Of a stretch of DNA of 64,000 nucleotides, positions 25,660 to 39,431 are shown piece by piece. The stretch comes from Blasia pusilla (taxonomy: Eukaryota). The stretch's first letter is position 1, and each line of letters opens with the position of its first letter. The stretch is taken from the NCBI GenBank assembly GCA_050084515.1, contig CM114271.1:30256001-30320000 (forward strand), read 5' to 3'. Under the pieces are notes generated by a model, which saw nothing but the letters and a program-made list of their open reading frames with translations, ran no database searches and was not told the origin of the DNA. The position numbers and the translations under genes were made by a program.

Positions 25660-26420
25660 ATATGTGTTGTAATTGCATCTTTTGTTGTTGATATTTTTGC
25701 TAGTGCTGATGTTGTTGTTGCTCCTGCTGCAACAACTATTGTTCTTGTTGCTGAAATAAAAGTTTTTGATTCTATTGTTGTAGCTGCTCCTATTGTTGTT
25801 GCATCTGCTATTATTGTTGCATCCGATATTGCTGTAATTGATAATACTTTTGGTTGTACAATCAGCTGCTGTTGCAGCAATTTCTGTTCATGTTGTTGAA
25901 GTAAAAGTTGTTGTTGCTGCTACTGTAACTGCTCCTGCTATTGTTGCATCATCTGCTGTTGTAATTGATGTTGCTTTGGTTATAAAATCTTTTGCTGCTG
26001 TTGTTGCAACAATTAATCTTCCTGCTGCTGAAGTAAAAGTTGTTGTTGGAGTTATTATAGTTGGTTGTGTTGTTGTTGCATCTGCTGTTGCTGTAATTGA
26101 TGTTGCTTTTGTTGTATAACCTTTTTTTGCTACTACTAATGCTATTGTAAGTACTGCTAATGTTGTGTTAATTATTGTTGTTTTTGTAGTTGTTGATGAT
26201 GTTGCTGTGTTTGTTGAGAAGAGCCAACAAAAGAGCCCTCCCATTTATGAGATTTCATACTTTGCCTTGCAACTTGATGTAGTTGTTGTTGCATCAACTG
26301 CTACTGCTAATGTCGTTGTAAGTGTTGTTGATGATGTGTTAATTGTTATTGCTACTATAGCTGTTGATGATGCTTCTGTGTTTGTTGAGAAGAGCCTACA
26401 AAAGAGCCATCCCATTTCTT
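25660..26420. repeat. Low-complexity GTT/GCT-rich degenerate repeat tract
   Basis: Repeated GTTGTT/GCTGCT triplets (Thr/Ala-rich on the minus strand), with a duplicated block GTGTTTGTTGAGAAGAGCC...CCCATTT near 26207 and 26378. Confidence 0.8.
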
Positions 26421-28540
26421 TGGGCTCCATCACGAATCATTTACTATGATTGGTTGCTCATTGTCTTTTTGCTGGTTCTTCCCGTAATTCAAAATTTCTT
26501 GCAAGCTCTCTTCTCTAGTTTAAGGTCTATTCTCCCAGGTCTGTTGCTTTACGTGTTGTTTTGAGCTCCACTTTCAATGGCTATGCGCACTTCAAGCAAA
26601 TTATATTTCCGCCCTCTCTTATTGATGCAGAGTTTGCCTTCAAGCATTGCAAATTGAGATTGATGTTCTCAATGGATGGCTCAACTCAAAAATTGAAGAC
26701 AACCAAGACCAAATTGCAGAAGTGCTTGCTTTGAGAGACCAATTAAAGTAGGCACGAGACTAGATGTCTCATTTTGCTAAGGATATTCAACTACTTATTC
26801 ATGATGATCCCAAACTTTTCTCTTCAATCACATATTATTCTGTCTATGGTCAAAGAGTTTAGAAGTAAGCTCTACAATTCCTTTTAAAATTACCTTCTCA
26901 ATTTGTACCTTTGTATACATACTATGCATAAACAATGTATGGTGATGTTTATACCAATAGCCAGACCTTTATTCAACAATTTTTGCACACCTTGCACTGC
27001 TATTTTTCATTCCATATGCCATTTTGGGGCTACTCATATGTCAAAAGTGGTTGCAACTTCCCACTTACCAAGCTTACAATTCACTCTATGCAATTATTTT
27101 CTTATGCATATCATGTTCTTTACTATCTTAAACCATTTAGTTCACTCCAATTTTATGTGCCATTTTTTCCTTGCTAGAGATTATATCTTGAATGGACTTT
27201 TAATAAGTTGGGCTCATGCATTTTTGGCCATCCACTTCTAATGGAAAAATAGGTGTTGTTGGAATTCAACACTGCATCATACTCTCTAACAAAGAATCAT
27301 GTTGCATTCTCAGTAAGAATCCAATTGAGCTATACATTTACTGCTACACTATTTTCCACCTTACTTCTATATCAGTTTCAAGTATAACACCACACGACCT
27401 TCCTCTAAATTTATCTTAGACTTGTATGTGATCATATATTCTCTACGTTTTTATCATACTTAACTCTACATAGTTCCAAACTGAAGTACTTAAGGTCTCT
27501 TATCCCTATATGACAAAATAAATCAAATTTTCAACAAGCTGTCTATTTTTTTTCTTTACTGCCACTAATAACCTTTTCTCTTATATTCATGTCACAAATT
27601 TTCTCATTTTCTTTATTTATTGCACATGGGAAGAATGGTTTACCCACAAGCCCCAAATTAAAAAATATTTTAGCTTATTCTACTCCTAAGGGTTCTACTC
27701 ATATATTCGCCAATTTACATTGAAATTATTTAATACTAGACACATATGAAATTTTACCTAAACCTATACATACTCTAAAGCATGTTTGTTACGTCACCTA
27801 ATAGAACTAGGGGACATACTTGTCACTTAGGGAAGTAAACCATGACGGATACAACAATTCTCAAATGTACATCTAAGAGAGCATGGGGTAAGAAAACCCT
27901 TACATTTAAATGTTGACACTTTTCCTTTCAAAGCTCTTCCCATGATGACACCTCTTTAAAAATACTAAAATTAAAAGGAACAAAGACTTAACATACGCTA
28001 ATTTTTTTTTGCTAGTGTAATAAAAATTTCCGTCGTGATACATAAGCTTTGAATCGCTCGCGTAGCTATATCCACATACGTTTGAATACACCACTTTAAT
28101 TGCCGTTCCCCGGGTTTGCTATGCGAGGCCTTTGACACCCACAACTTGCAAGGAATCAGACCATCAACACAGCACCCTCCAGGAAAACCAGATGAAAGGT
28201 CGGGAGCTCATTCCTCAACCGACACCCAATAGAAAAGAGCTCCCGCCATCTTAGATTCACTCTCCCGCCAGCTCAGCAGTTCCTTCCCGCCAAATTCTTT
28301 CGAGCTTTGTTCATTTAGACCTTTCTTTCGCAATTCGGTGTTGCCTCTGCAATGCGCGGTCCGATTTCTCTTTCGTAGCGGCCAGAGGTCGGAAAATTAC
28401 GCGGCCAAGCTAGCGCCGCGAGAATCCTCGACGACAGCTTCTGCATTCTCATGAAGAGAAATGTTGTGCATTTCGACGAGGGAAAAGAATCTGAGACCGA
28501 AGCGCACATTTTGAAGAATCCGTGGTTTGATTTGATATAC

Positions 28541-28615
28541 AGAGACACAGGGAGATAGCGAGAGCGAGAGAGGGAGAGAGAGAGAGAGAGAGGGATAGAG
28601 GGATAGAGGGATAGA
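28541..28615. repeat. GA-rich microsatellite just upstream of the MCM5 fragment
   Basis: Imperfect (GA)n run ending about 10 nt before ATG 28625. Confidence 0.8.
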
Positions 28616-28624
28616 GTTTGAAAG

Positions 28625-30377
28625 ATGTCGGGATGGGATGAAGGAAATGTGTTCTACAGCGATCAGGACTTGGTCGACCAAAGCGAAAATAATGGCGTTG
28701 CGACTCGGCTCGCAGTGCAAGGGAAGTTCAAGGAATTCATTCGTAGCTACGGGGAGCTCAGTGGCAACTATCCTTACAGGTGTACTCCGCGCTTCCACGT
28801 TGCTCCCTGCCTTTTTTTTAAACTCTCTCCCATGTCCATTCTCTTCTCTAGCTTAGCAGTCACGTTCACTTTTTTGTTTTCAATTCCGTCAATGGGACGA
28901 ATTAAGCACCATTCTCCAATAGGTAAGAGTAGTATTACAGTTGCTTGCATGTACCGGATCCATCGTTTGAGCTTTGTGCAATTACTCCTTCTCTTCAAAC
29001 ACGAGTGCGAGGTCTTCTGTTCTTGGTCTTCCATGTGCTCGTTTGCTGGAGGACGTGACAGTGATGTCTACTCTGCCTCTTTGTTCGGCTCCACCAGCGT
29101 AGTACTGTACTAAGAGAGAGCTATCTGCTACCAGTTGTTAGCCTCTACAGGTTCAGCCTTCTTCAAAAGACAAGTCATCTTGTCTTCTGTCTGTGTATTT
29201 TTGTTCCTCTTTTACTCCACGGGAGAATTGACGTATCATTAGCTCGTGCTGATTCGTAACAGTTGTGGTCCACAGAGCTAGTCTACTTCAAAATGCAAAT
29301 TGTCTGGTTGTATCCCTCGATGATCTTGACAACTTTGATCCCGACATAGGGGAAATGATACGGAAGAATCCGGCCGAGTACATGCCTATCGTAAGTCCGA
29401 CGGAAATTCTCTCTTGGTCATTTCTAATGTTGCCACCGCTTTGTAGCTTTTTGATTAAGAGTCAGTTTATTCGCGTTCATAGGTCGATGAGATGGCCCTG
29501 TGCGCTTACATCGCCCGAGGCTGCTTCGATAGTGTAGCGGGATTGTGACTCTTGCGCATTTTCGGGTGGGATGTTCTCTTAGCTTTTTTCACTTTGTATG
29601 TACTCATCCCAGTAATCCCGTCCATTTGATATTTTTGTCAGTTCGAAGTGGCAGCCGGTGAGGTTGCCGTGGGCCTGAAGTCGAAAGTTGCCGGCGACAG
29701 GGGAGAGATGGAGGAGCCTATCCTTGGGATGTGCAAGTGCTGCTAACCTCCAAACAGCATTCCGTATCGATCCGCGCACTTTCTGTAGGGAACTTACCTT
29801 GTACATTTCCGTCATTAAGTCATGCTCTGAAGAATAGAATTGAAGGTTATGCGTTTGGTAGCGAATTTGTAGGAATCCCTGCAAGACATTTTGCTTGTAC
29901 AGCTTCCCTATGATCAATGGCGTCGATTCTCCATTCATTGTTGTGCAGGCAGAGTCCATATCGAAGCTTGTGAAAGTCACCGGTATCGTAATTGGTGCAT
30001 CACGGACAAAGGCCAAGGCTACATCGGTGACTCTGCTCTGTAAGAATTGTAAGAGTACTAAGGTCGTGGCTTGCCGGCATGGTCTTGGTGGAGCAGTCAT
30101 GCCTCGGAGTTGTGATCATCCCACGCAGGTTGGTTCCCCATTCATGTCAATCGTAATACAAATTTTAGTTTAGAATCTTACAGTATTGTGTCGAAAATAA
30201 TCTACAACTTCTTATGAACGTATTGGAGGTCATGGCAGATGTAGTTTACTGATTTCTCATGCCTTGTACTTCATTCAGCCAGGCGAGGAGCCGTGTCCAT
30301 TGGACCCGTTCGTGATAGCTCCAGACAAAAGCAAGTACATCGATCAGCAAACTTTGAAGTTGCAGGAAAACCCCGAG
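28625..30377 (+). pseudogene. MCM5: MCM5 replicative helicase subunit, 5' fragment; exons about 28625-28779, 29276-29390, 29642-29784, 29949-30128, 30279-30377; no AAA+ domain
   Basis: Reads [32 protein letters not shown], zinc site CKNC...C...CPLDPF and [13 protein letters not shown]. One base is missing in exon 3 (G-run 29726-29728). No further MCM exons are recognisable downstream in the window. Confidence 0.85.
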
Positions 30378-32186
30378 GTGGATTCCCCATTAGTTCTCAA
30401 TTATCTATGATGTGGAGATGAGCTTGGAACCAAATATTATGATTAGCGCATATGTAGCTCCAAAAGTGTTGCAAAAATGTCCACATATACACCTCGTATA
30501 ACCACGAGAGAAACTCGGCACTGTTTCAAACTTGACTCAGTATCAGTGTTTGTCAGCTTCCAACTTTTCTCTTCTGCAGCCCGCAATCCCACTCCGAGAT
30601 GTTGAAAACGGAGTTTCTTGTCTCACCTTAGCCTCATGTTGTAGAGCAATAGTGGCAGAGGTAGTGGAAAAGCAACGAAGTTTGAGATTGACATCAAAGG
30701 TCTTGGAGAGCTTACCAGGTCCTTCAATGCTTGAAAGCCTTAAGGATAATAAAATGAAAGATCCAGATTATATGCCAACTGAAGATTCAGAATACCAGAA
30801 TGATGAGGAGGAAGATGTACCTGATCCTCCATTCGTGAATAAGGATACTGGGTTGACATTCCATCCGATCCAAGTCAACAGGGTAACTACAATGATATGT
30901 TATATACCATCTTCAGTAAGATTTTGTGTGGGATACATAATTCTTCCAATCTCTGTGTTTATTTATTATAGTACACTAACTTTTATTTCTCTTTCATATG
31001 CTCAGGGTATTGGAGGGAGAGAATTCCACGAATCTCATGCCAGTTATAAGGCACATGATTCAGGCCAAAGTGGGAGATCAGAAATGGGTTGGCAATATCT
31101 CCCATGGTCAGAGAGTGGTAGCCAATATTGGGGTGGACCAATGGGTGCAAGGTGGTACACTCATGAGCGCGAGCCGTCGATGTTGAATCATGGCCCCACA
31201 GCTCTCATGGCTTGCCCCTAAACCCTTCCCCCCGACCACAATGGGGTCAACAAACTCCTACCTACGGCTGGACACATGACCGCTCAAGGCCAATGGCCTG
31301 GAGGCATGTCTTGGTCACAACCTGGAGTTGTAGAATGCCCCTGGGTAGGCAATACCCAGCCATCTCTACCATCTGGATCTCACGCCGAATGGGGTCCTCA
31401 TACATAAAATTTTACCCCGATGGGGAGTCAATAGCAATGGGGACCCATTCAACCTAGTTCTTCAGGCCAACCATGGGCAACGCCAAGTGTAATCTTCTTT
31501 CCACATTGTGTATTTGTGATCAAATTCTCTATTTTTAAGGAATGATAACTCTTTAACTCTTGATCTTCTCATGATGACTCGAAAAGTGGCCATTATCCTT
31601 TCTTGCTTCGGTGTGTTTTTTCAGATTGTGAAGTGCTGATTTCTTGTCTATAATGTTGATGAAGGATGTTAGAGTGCTATCTCCATCTGTGGACAGGATG
31701 GAGCACCATGCCCTCCGCCCCCTTATCCAACTGCAGGAGAAGGTTCTGACTCAACATTTTCTGATAGGCCATTGAGATTTGTTGGGACGAGTGTACATTC
31801 GCATCAAAGTGACAGTCAGTCTTTCATGGCCCCTAGTCTCTCCAAACCCAGAAATAAAAGTAGGGGTATGTCCACATATAGTCGCTCTTGAGGCATGGTC
31901 TAAATGTCGACCAATAATGTTGGGTACAAGTGGTTAGTGATCTGGTCTTTTATTCCCTACATTTTATAACATGTGCATGTCTAAATTGATTTTCTTGCGC
32001 CTTTCATTTCTTCAAGTGATAGGGCAAGTGCGAGGAGAAGTAGGACCAAGAGAGATTTGTGGAACCGTTATGTGGCTCAATGCAAGGACCAAAACCTACT
32101 ACCTAGATGTGAATTGTTGCCTACTGGGATTCCAAAGACGAAGGTGCCCGGTTATGAGCCATGGTTGAATGACCTAAAGATATGGA

Positions 32187-32846
32187 CCCTAAGACGCTTC
32201 CAACGCACCAAAGATCTCAGCAAACTCATAAGTACAAGCTGAGATATTGGCCAAAAACGACTGTGAGAGAAATCGGGTTGAGGGCCAATCTGAGGGGCCC
32301 GACTGTCTAAAGTTAGGGGGACCCCGGAGATCCCCAAAAGTACTAGTAAGAGGGAGTCTCTCCAAGATTTTTTGGAACACGAACCCCACTTTGAGTGCCA
32401 TACGACGTCTCAAGGGCATGGGATGGAATGAGAGTTTGGCGGTGGAACTCGAAACCCAAACTTGATCCAAGGGAGTGGATTTCGTAAGCCACACTTGGAT
32501 TCCGACCGGTTATTCATTTTGTGTGAGTCTCGGTTAGGGACTCATTGGATGTCCATTGGACCGTTAGAACAGCAAGGCATGAAACACCATTTGAGGTTCT
32601 TGAACCAATTAGAAAGTTTGTCCGAAGTCTTTAGAGACTTGTCTGTGTTGTAAACCGTGAAACTAGGAAGGTTGAGCTCGATGAGAGGCCGAGTCGAGGA
32701 CTCGGCAAGTTAGAACCACTGATTGATCCAGACCCGACTAAAGTGAGTGCGTGTTTGGATGCAGATTAGCGTTGAGAGCGTGACTTTTTGAACGCACGCT
32801 TTCGTAACAACAAAGATTAACGTTGAAGGAGAGTAGGCGCACGACA
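32187..32846 (+). repeat. 5'-truncated LTR of the same Ty3/gypsy family
   Basis: Collinear high identity to about 21187-21853, ends GGCGCACGACA, and no PBS follows. Confidence 0.88.
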
Positions 32847-35800
32847 CCAGTTGCCACATGTCAAGAAGAGAGGTGTTTGCAAATCAAGAAGGCACTCTCC
32901 CATAATAATATAGATTATATAATTAAAAGTGAAGCATTCTTCCACATCTGCTAATTAAATTATAAGTTAATTTTGATTAATGAAATTATTTCACATTGAT
33001 TTTCCTTTCCCAAAATATCAAATGTAATTTTTTTTAAGTAAGCATATTTTTAATTTCAAAATTTAAGACAAGTAAATGTGATTTTGAGAAAAAAAATTAT
33101 CTTGAAGAACTTTGGAGATCAAATTTTTCTTTCCACATATCCTCTTGATTGTTTCAAATTCGGATTTTCCTTCTAACTACATGAAGATTTAGATTTCCCT
33201 TAATACTTAATGAAAGAAAATTTAGAATTTAGTTGCCTAGAATAGGGAAGAGGAGTTTAAACCATAGTGTACTTCTTTAGCCCCCATAGTATGAAAATAT
33301 TTTCTTGCTATTTGAATACTATATGTCAATCAAACACATGACATTGTTTGAAAATAGAGAAGGGGTTCTACCATAAAAACCATAGACTAGTGTTCATGGC
33401 CGTGCCAATCACTCGGCATCTAGGAGTGCTACAAAGGCACTTCTTTCCAGCTCGCACGGTTCTCTACGACCTTTACTTGCCGTGCCGAGCACACCAAGTA
33501 AAGGTCTCTACAACCTTTACTGAATGCTCATAATGTTGAGGTAGTGGAATTTAGTATGAATGAATTGATGTGTGACCAAAGGACACAAGGACCAACTATG
33601 AGTTGAACAAAAAGAGGGAGTAATGCAAAGTAGTACTCGGCTGCCCGTGCTCTGCACTGGGCACCAAACAATATTATTGTCCAGATAGTAGCAGTACATG
33701 CTGGAGCATGGAGCATGTGATAGGACTCGAAGGGCTCCCTAAAAAGTGTCCATGAGGTAATTTTGTGTGTTATGAGGAAAAGACAAGAAAGTGTAACCAA
33801 ACCAAGGACACTTGGCAGCCATTTCCAAATTTAACTCCTCCAATGACCAAACCCAATCCATGTTTTCACTTTGGGCAATCCTATCATTAGTGACATTCAT
33901 CTCGTGTTTATACACACGACTTTGCCACCTCTTTCCCCACGTTTGTACCTGTAACAGATGATGATTATAAATTCTTAAAGTATCACAACCCATCCTCGGG
34001 GCTCGGAAGTACGATGAAGACTGGGAAGATGCCCAATATAATGGGCATCTTCCTAGTCTATTAGAACATAGATGGTACTTTGAAGCCATCCTACTCAATA
34101 CTTTAGATACTTTAGGCACTCTTGTTGAAAAAGCTCCCATATGATTCCATGGAGGATCGCGTTGCAACAACCGTTTCCAAGTCCTGCCATTGTGTCCAAG
34201 TTTCCAAGTACAACCATGAAAACTTCGTTCGAGAAAGCCATGAGATCGATTCTGCAAAAAGTGCAGTCTAGAGGCAAAGAGGGAAGAAAATTGGTATTGG
34301 AGAGGGTTCTTTTACGATGGGGATCGGAGGACGGCAGTAGGGAGAAACGGTCTCATGGCGATGATCGCCTCCTCAAGCTGCGCTCCCTGATGTGCTGTTT
34401 GACAAATAGGAGTGTCTCCAGTTTCCAGATTCAGATGATCAGTTCCTGGCCCCGAAATGTTTGGGAGGAAAATGAAATGCAATGCAACGCTTACTTGAGA
34501 TGTCGACACGCCAACAGATCCCTGGCAGTGTATGGCCTGGAGCTTGAACAGCTACTCCTCGCTCCCACTCCAATTCGATCGTGGGTTCCGCATGAACTAC
34601 TCTTGCGCTCTAATCTTAGGCTCCAGCGATCGTTTCCCGTCAAGCTGTAGGCGCAGGATGGCGGTGTATGTGCGTGTGTGCACTCAAGCGGCCATAGAAA
34701 CAACGGCCACAAACACCCATAAACATAAACCTTCAACACGAATCTTGAGACCACTAGATCGAACCATCTAGGAGTATTCCGATCCTAGACCCCAAATACA
34801 GGGAATGATTAAAAGAGGGCAAGAGAGAAGAAGCTCTAGGAAGTGCTTGTACGCTGGAGAGATCGAGCAGGTGTAAGTAGAGTGCAACAACACCCATCAT
34901 CCTTCAGCGGACATGGAACTAGAATCTACCGATCCGATGCACAGAACAAGACGCACAAAGCATGAATCTTACACCCCGAGCCACCATTCATCAAGTGATG
35001 TTCATCGCTGTCTGGCAGTCGACAACGAATCTGCAGATACCGAGTAGTCTGGAAACAGAAGTAAAGGTGACAACCTATGTAACACTGCTGTTCACGATCA
35101 AGGAACTCTCGACTCATTGACCGCACCGTTTGCAGAATTGAACGATCGTTTGTAGAAGGGTCGATTGACTTACTGGCGGCCATGTCGAGTCGATTCGAAA
35201 GTAGTGAGGCTACCTTGGAGTTGCACCTGTGGGAGGGATAATAGGTCGTGTGTTATATCCGAATTTCGACCTTCAGCGGAGAGACCATGATGTCCCCGGT
35301 GATGACCAAGCTCCATGGATCCCAACTTCACGAAGATCCCAGGACCGAACTCAAGATGGAACAAGTCAGCACAGTCAGTCGGCTTGAGTTCGTCCAAGGA
35401 TGGAAAGGAAACCTGCTTTCGGCAGACAGATCCATGCAGCCCAGTTCGGAAGAAATGAAGGATAGATCATGAAATGAGGCACCTCACCAAAACGGTGTTG
35501 GTTTACATGCCCACTTCAAACTAGGATCTGTCAATTTCAGGCCAAACTAGAACGAGCAGTACGTGATTTTAATGCAAATCTCGCTTAGGTGGCAAAACGA
35601 ATTAGTTCTGTTGAACTGGTGAAGTGACTTTCATTCCAGCAACTCCTAGGAACAATCGAACTGTAAAGAGAGACCTACACAGGTGACCAAAAACAGATAA
35701 ATCTCCACAAGAACGGAGAACCATCTTCTTGTATTCACGAAAGACGGACTAAAACTGCAAAGCCTACTCACATGTGCAGCAACTGTAGTCCCTTATTATT

Positions 35801-36191
35801 CGATAAAACTATCAGCCTCTATTCTATGTCTGGACATTGTAAATCCATTTTAGCTGGCTGGTTAAATGCCATCAGCACACAATCTGTTCTTACCTAGAAT
35901 GGCTTCTAGTAGTTTCTACTTTCTCTTCTCCTGATTGGATGCTTGGGCTTTCCATCATATCCATCATACTTGAAAACCCAACGGACTCTTATAGATGGCA
36001 TAGAAGGAGATCCCGTTAAAATTCTTCCCATCCTTATTGTGATCACACAATAGTCTGCAACGATACTCGACTGACTAGACCCTATCCTCTCTGCCTTTGG
36101 GTCATTATGTTTCTATGTAAAAAAGAAAACCCACTTCTCCACTGGCTTGAGTGCCCTCTTCATTCAATAGTTCCTCTGAAGAAAATGTAGG

Positions 36192-39100
36192 TCATTTGCA
36201 ACCATCCAAGGATGTACACAAGGCTTCATAATCTGAGTTACTGTACAATGAAAACACTTCTTGCCACCAGGTCTTTTTCCGAAGGTGATTCACACCCATG
36301 TCTTGGCACAGCTTGTCAGAGTGCCAAATCTGGATGAGACCCACACAAGATCTGGTGAAGTGGGGTCTTTTCTCCTGCACGAAATGCACCCACTTCCATC
36401 TCTCTGCATCCATGATAGCAGTGCTGGGAAGGCTGAACTTCTTCTTAAGCAATTGTCCCAACCATATGGCTCCCATCTCGGATGAGTGCACACTAGAAAA
36501 GCCCTCCAAAAACCCAATGAAACCCATGTTTGGAATATGTGGATGAATGACGCCTCTGCACAAGTTTTGGACGGGACGTTAGGAAGGAGACGAAGGATGA
36601 AGAAATTACAGAACAAGCCAAAACCAGGTGGCAGTTGCCTATAAGGCTAAGGAATAGCTCATAGCACTGCAACCACTTCAGGAGTGAAAGGCGGTTCATC
36701 CGGGAGCCTTTCAGATCTGATTCCACACAGGACTGGACTTTTCTGGTGGAGGTTATGGCCATCTCCGAAAGAGAAGTTGCAATGGGCAGAAGCTCCAAAC
36801 CTAAACTCATGTGGGAATGATGATAAATGTAGTTTCATTCCTTTCACATCAAGGCAACATATCCAGTCATACACACCAGCCCAGACCGGACCAGCACAGC
36901 ATCCTGAAAGAAAACGTCATGCTATCTAGTCCTTTACCACTTTTGGTTCCCTCAAAAACACCCCAGAGGAAGTTCGGACGTGTGCTGTAAGTTAAAGCAC
37001 CAAGCCAGAGTCCAGATCTCGGAAATACCTGTACAAAGACAGAATGTTCTCTGATTCCCAAAGTACATTTCTGTACTTCTCGGGAAACATAGCCGTCAGC
37101 TTTGCATCACCGTCGTACCCTGTACACAGAATTACAATATCTGCCACGATATCTGTTCCATCAGCCAGATGGACCCCTTTCGGGTAGAAATTGAAGTTGG
37201 GAGTCCTCTTCGGTATGATGCGACCATTCTCTAAGTGACCCACCAGAGTCACAGGTAACTGTGGGAGAACACATGATGACACGTCCTGAAATAAGGAGTG
37301 CTCTGGCACTAGCCCAAACCGTGAAAAGGGGATAGTAAGGCGAAGATAGTATTCGACCATCTTCCACAATCCCCAGCTCTGCACGCATCATTCGGGAAAC
37401 CGACAATGAATAACCGTGTATGATAAAAAAGCAGGGAGGTGAAATTCTCGTATCTCCACCTACTACTTCTACGGTGACATGAAACAATTCCTACTTAACA
37501 ACATGGGAAAGAGATAAGGGCAGCTCACCACAGGATGAAATATGCACTGTAGAGCCCGCTGTAGAATGCCTTCACCAGGTTTAGTAGTCCAATAGCCAGC
37601 GAACCGTGAACTGAAGAAAGCAGCGAATGGGAGAAATCCAAACGCTTGCCTATGCCGAGGGTATACCCAATGTGTGCGCCTGAATACCAGGGTACAAGGA
37701 GGTCCATTTATTCCTGTTGTATGCCATTTTGGAAACAGCAGGCAAGGCTTGGTTAACTCAACATCCAACGAGCAACCATTTGAACGGGTCATCCATACAA
37801 CTTCAAGGACGGAAACAAAGGAAGTCAATGTCGTTCACATGCTGGAACAGATCTTGAGATGTCAGGTTGGAACAGGCTATTGAACCTGGTCCATGAGAAG
37901 TCGGACTCATGAAAGCTACCCGAGCTGCTTATTTAGGATACACACTCTGTTTCATCTCCCAGATTGCAACCCCGACCTTCCTTTCACTCAAACTCCTCTT
38001 CATCTCCACACGGCTACAATCTCTAAACCACATCTTCCCACTCCAAATCCATCCCTGGTCCACTCTTTGTCTCCCCTAACTCCTCCAGTCCCGACGGGCG
38101 GACTTTGTCACTGTTCCATAGAGATTAGAATTCCGTTAGTTATACGCTAGACTTAGTAGGTCTGAATGGAGTGGAAGAATATGAGATCTATACTTCGAAT
38201 TTTTGCAGCCTGCGATCCCGGTGGTTACGGTCCTACCCAGAGGTCTCCCGAAACATTCCACTCGGGTTTCTGCGCTACGATGGCGTCTTGCATCAACAGC
38301 TACAGATGTTTGACTAACCAGCGGAGCTCTGTCGCTCACCCGGACACGTCCAGCCTTCATAAATTGGGAGTGAATTTCAAAGGTGTGACATTCATCGATA
38401 CACTCCACTGCAACAATACCCCACCTTGGTTTGCTTCGGCAACTTCACAAGCGACATCTAGAGAAGTTTTCTGGAACCCCACGACCACCACACGCTTTCC
38501 AGCTAGAAAATTGTGAGCACTTTGTGCATCCAGAGCAGAAAACTCCAATGCATGAAGCACGCGACCCTCGAAGACTTCAGGTCCTTCTGAAGGAGGAAAG
38601 GAGGGCACTTTGGATACGTCTCCAAACCGACCGCAGCACACAACCAGATAATCAAACTCGAGCCACTGAACAGACGAAGCTACGGTTAGAGACTGTACTC
38701 AATAAGTAGTGCCAGTCGTAGCCTTGCCTCCATAGCTACACTCAGAAACACTTGCGCTACATGTAACCTTGCATTTCCGCATGTTTGGGTGATCCGCACG
38801 CGTCTCGGGCAACGAGAGCAAGCGCTGACGACAGAGAAACGTTTCATGTGCGGTGCTGGAGTACCTCATCAATGGATGTGCACAATCCGTTGACAAAAGA
38901 AGACTTGCTCTTACGCACACACACTCGCCACACCGAATCACCATCAGCATTACTACTGTCCTCGCCTTGCCACCCACCACCAACACCGGCGGTGAAGCTC
39001 AATGACCCGAGCCCACCTTCCTCAAGCCTCTTTCCTCCATCCAATCCGCAAACCGCACTTCCAGAAGTCGCCTTTCTCTCGATCCCCACCACCTTGCAAT

Positions 39101-39431
39101 TGAAGCGGATCCTCTCCAACAGCCCAAAGTGAGTGGCGTAGCTCTCGAGATAATCCACGACCTGACGGTGCGATGGGAACATGGGCACGGACTCCGGCCA
39201 GGGGAAATCGGTGAACTCGTAACCCTTTTTGGGAGTCTGCAATTTCGTGGACGAGTAAGAGGATCGCCACACTCCTCCCACTCCACTCTTGGCCTCGAAA
39301 ACGACCGCATTGAGGCACTGCTCTTTCAAATGCTTGCAAGTTACGAGTCCGCTCACGCCGGCCCCGATTATAGCCACTCGAAGCTCGCCCTCTCCCCGGC
39401 TCCGCACCTCCGCGTCAACTGACGGCGCCAT
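36192..39431 (-). CDS. Flavin-containing monooxygenase, FMO1-like clade; exons about 39431-38865, 38665-38425, 37713-37529, 37378-37029, 36555-36192
   Basis: FAD motif GAGVSG, GGVW, FMO-identifying motif FEGRVLHALEF, NADPH motif GFQKTS (as in plant FMO1-type enzymes, not the YUCCA GCGNSG), CTGY and LYRGVIHP. GT-AG introns are in phase. Confidence 0.93.

Noticed and set aside
25656-26449. Thr-rich and Val-rich ORFs resembling a mucin or membrane protein
   Set aside because: Products of a low-complexity triplet repeat; interrupted, with no gene structure.
33739-35472. Overlapping ORFs of up to 172 aa on both strands
   Set aside because: No motif I can assign to a family.
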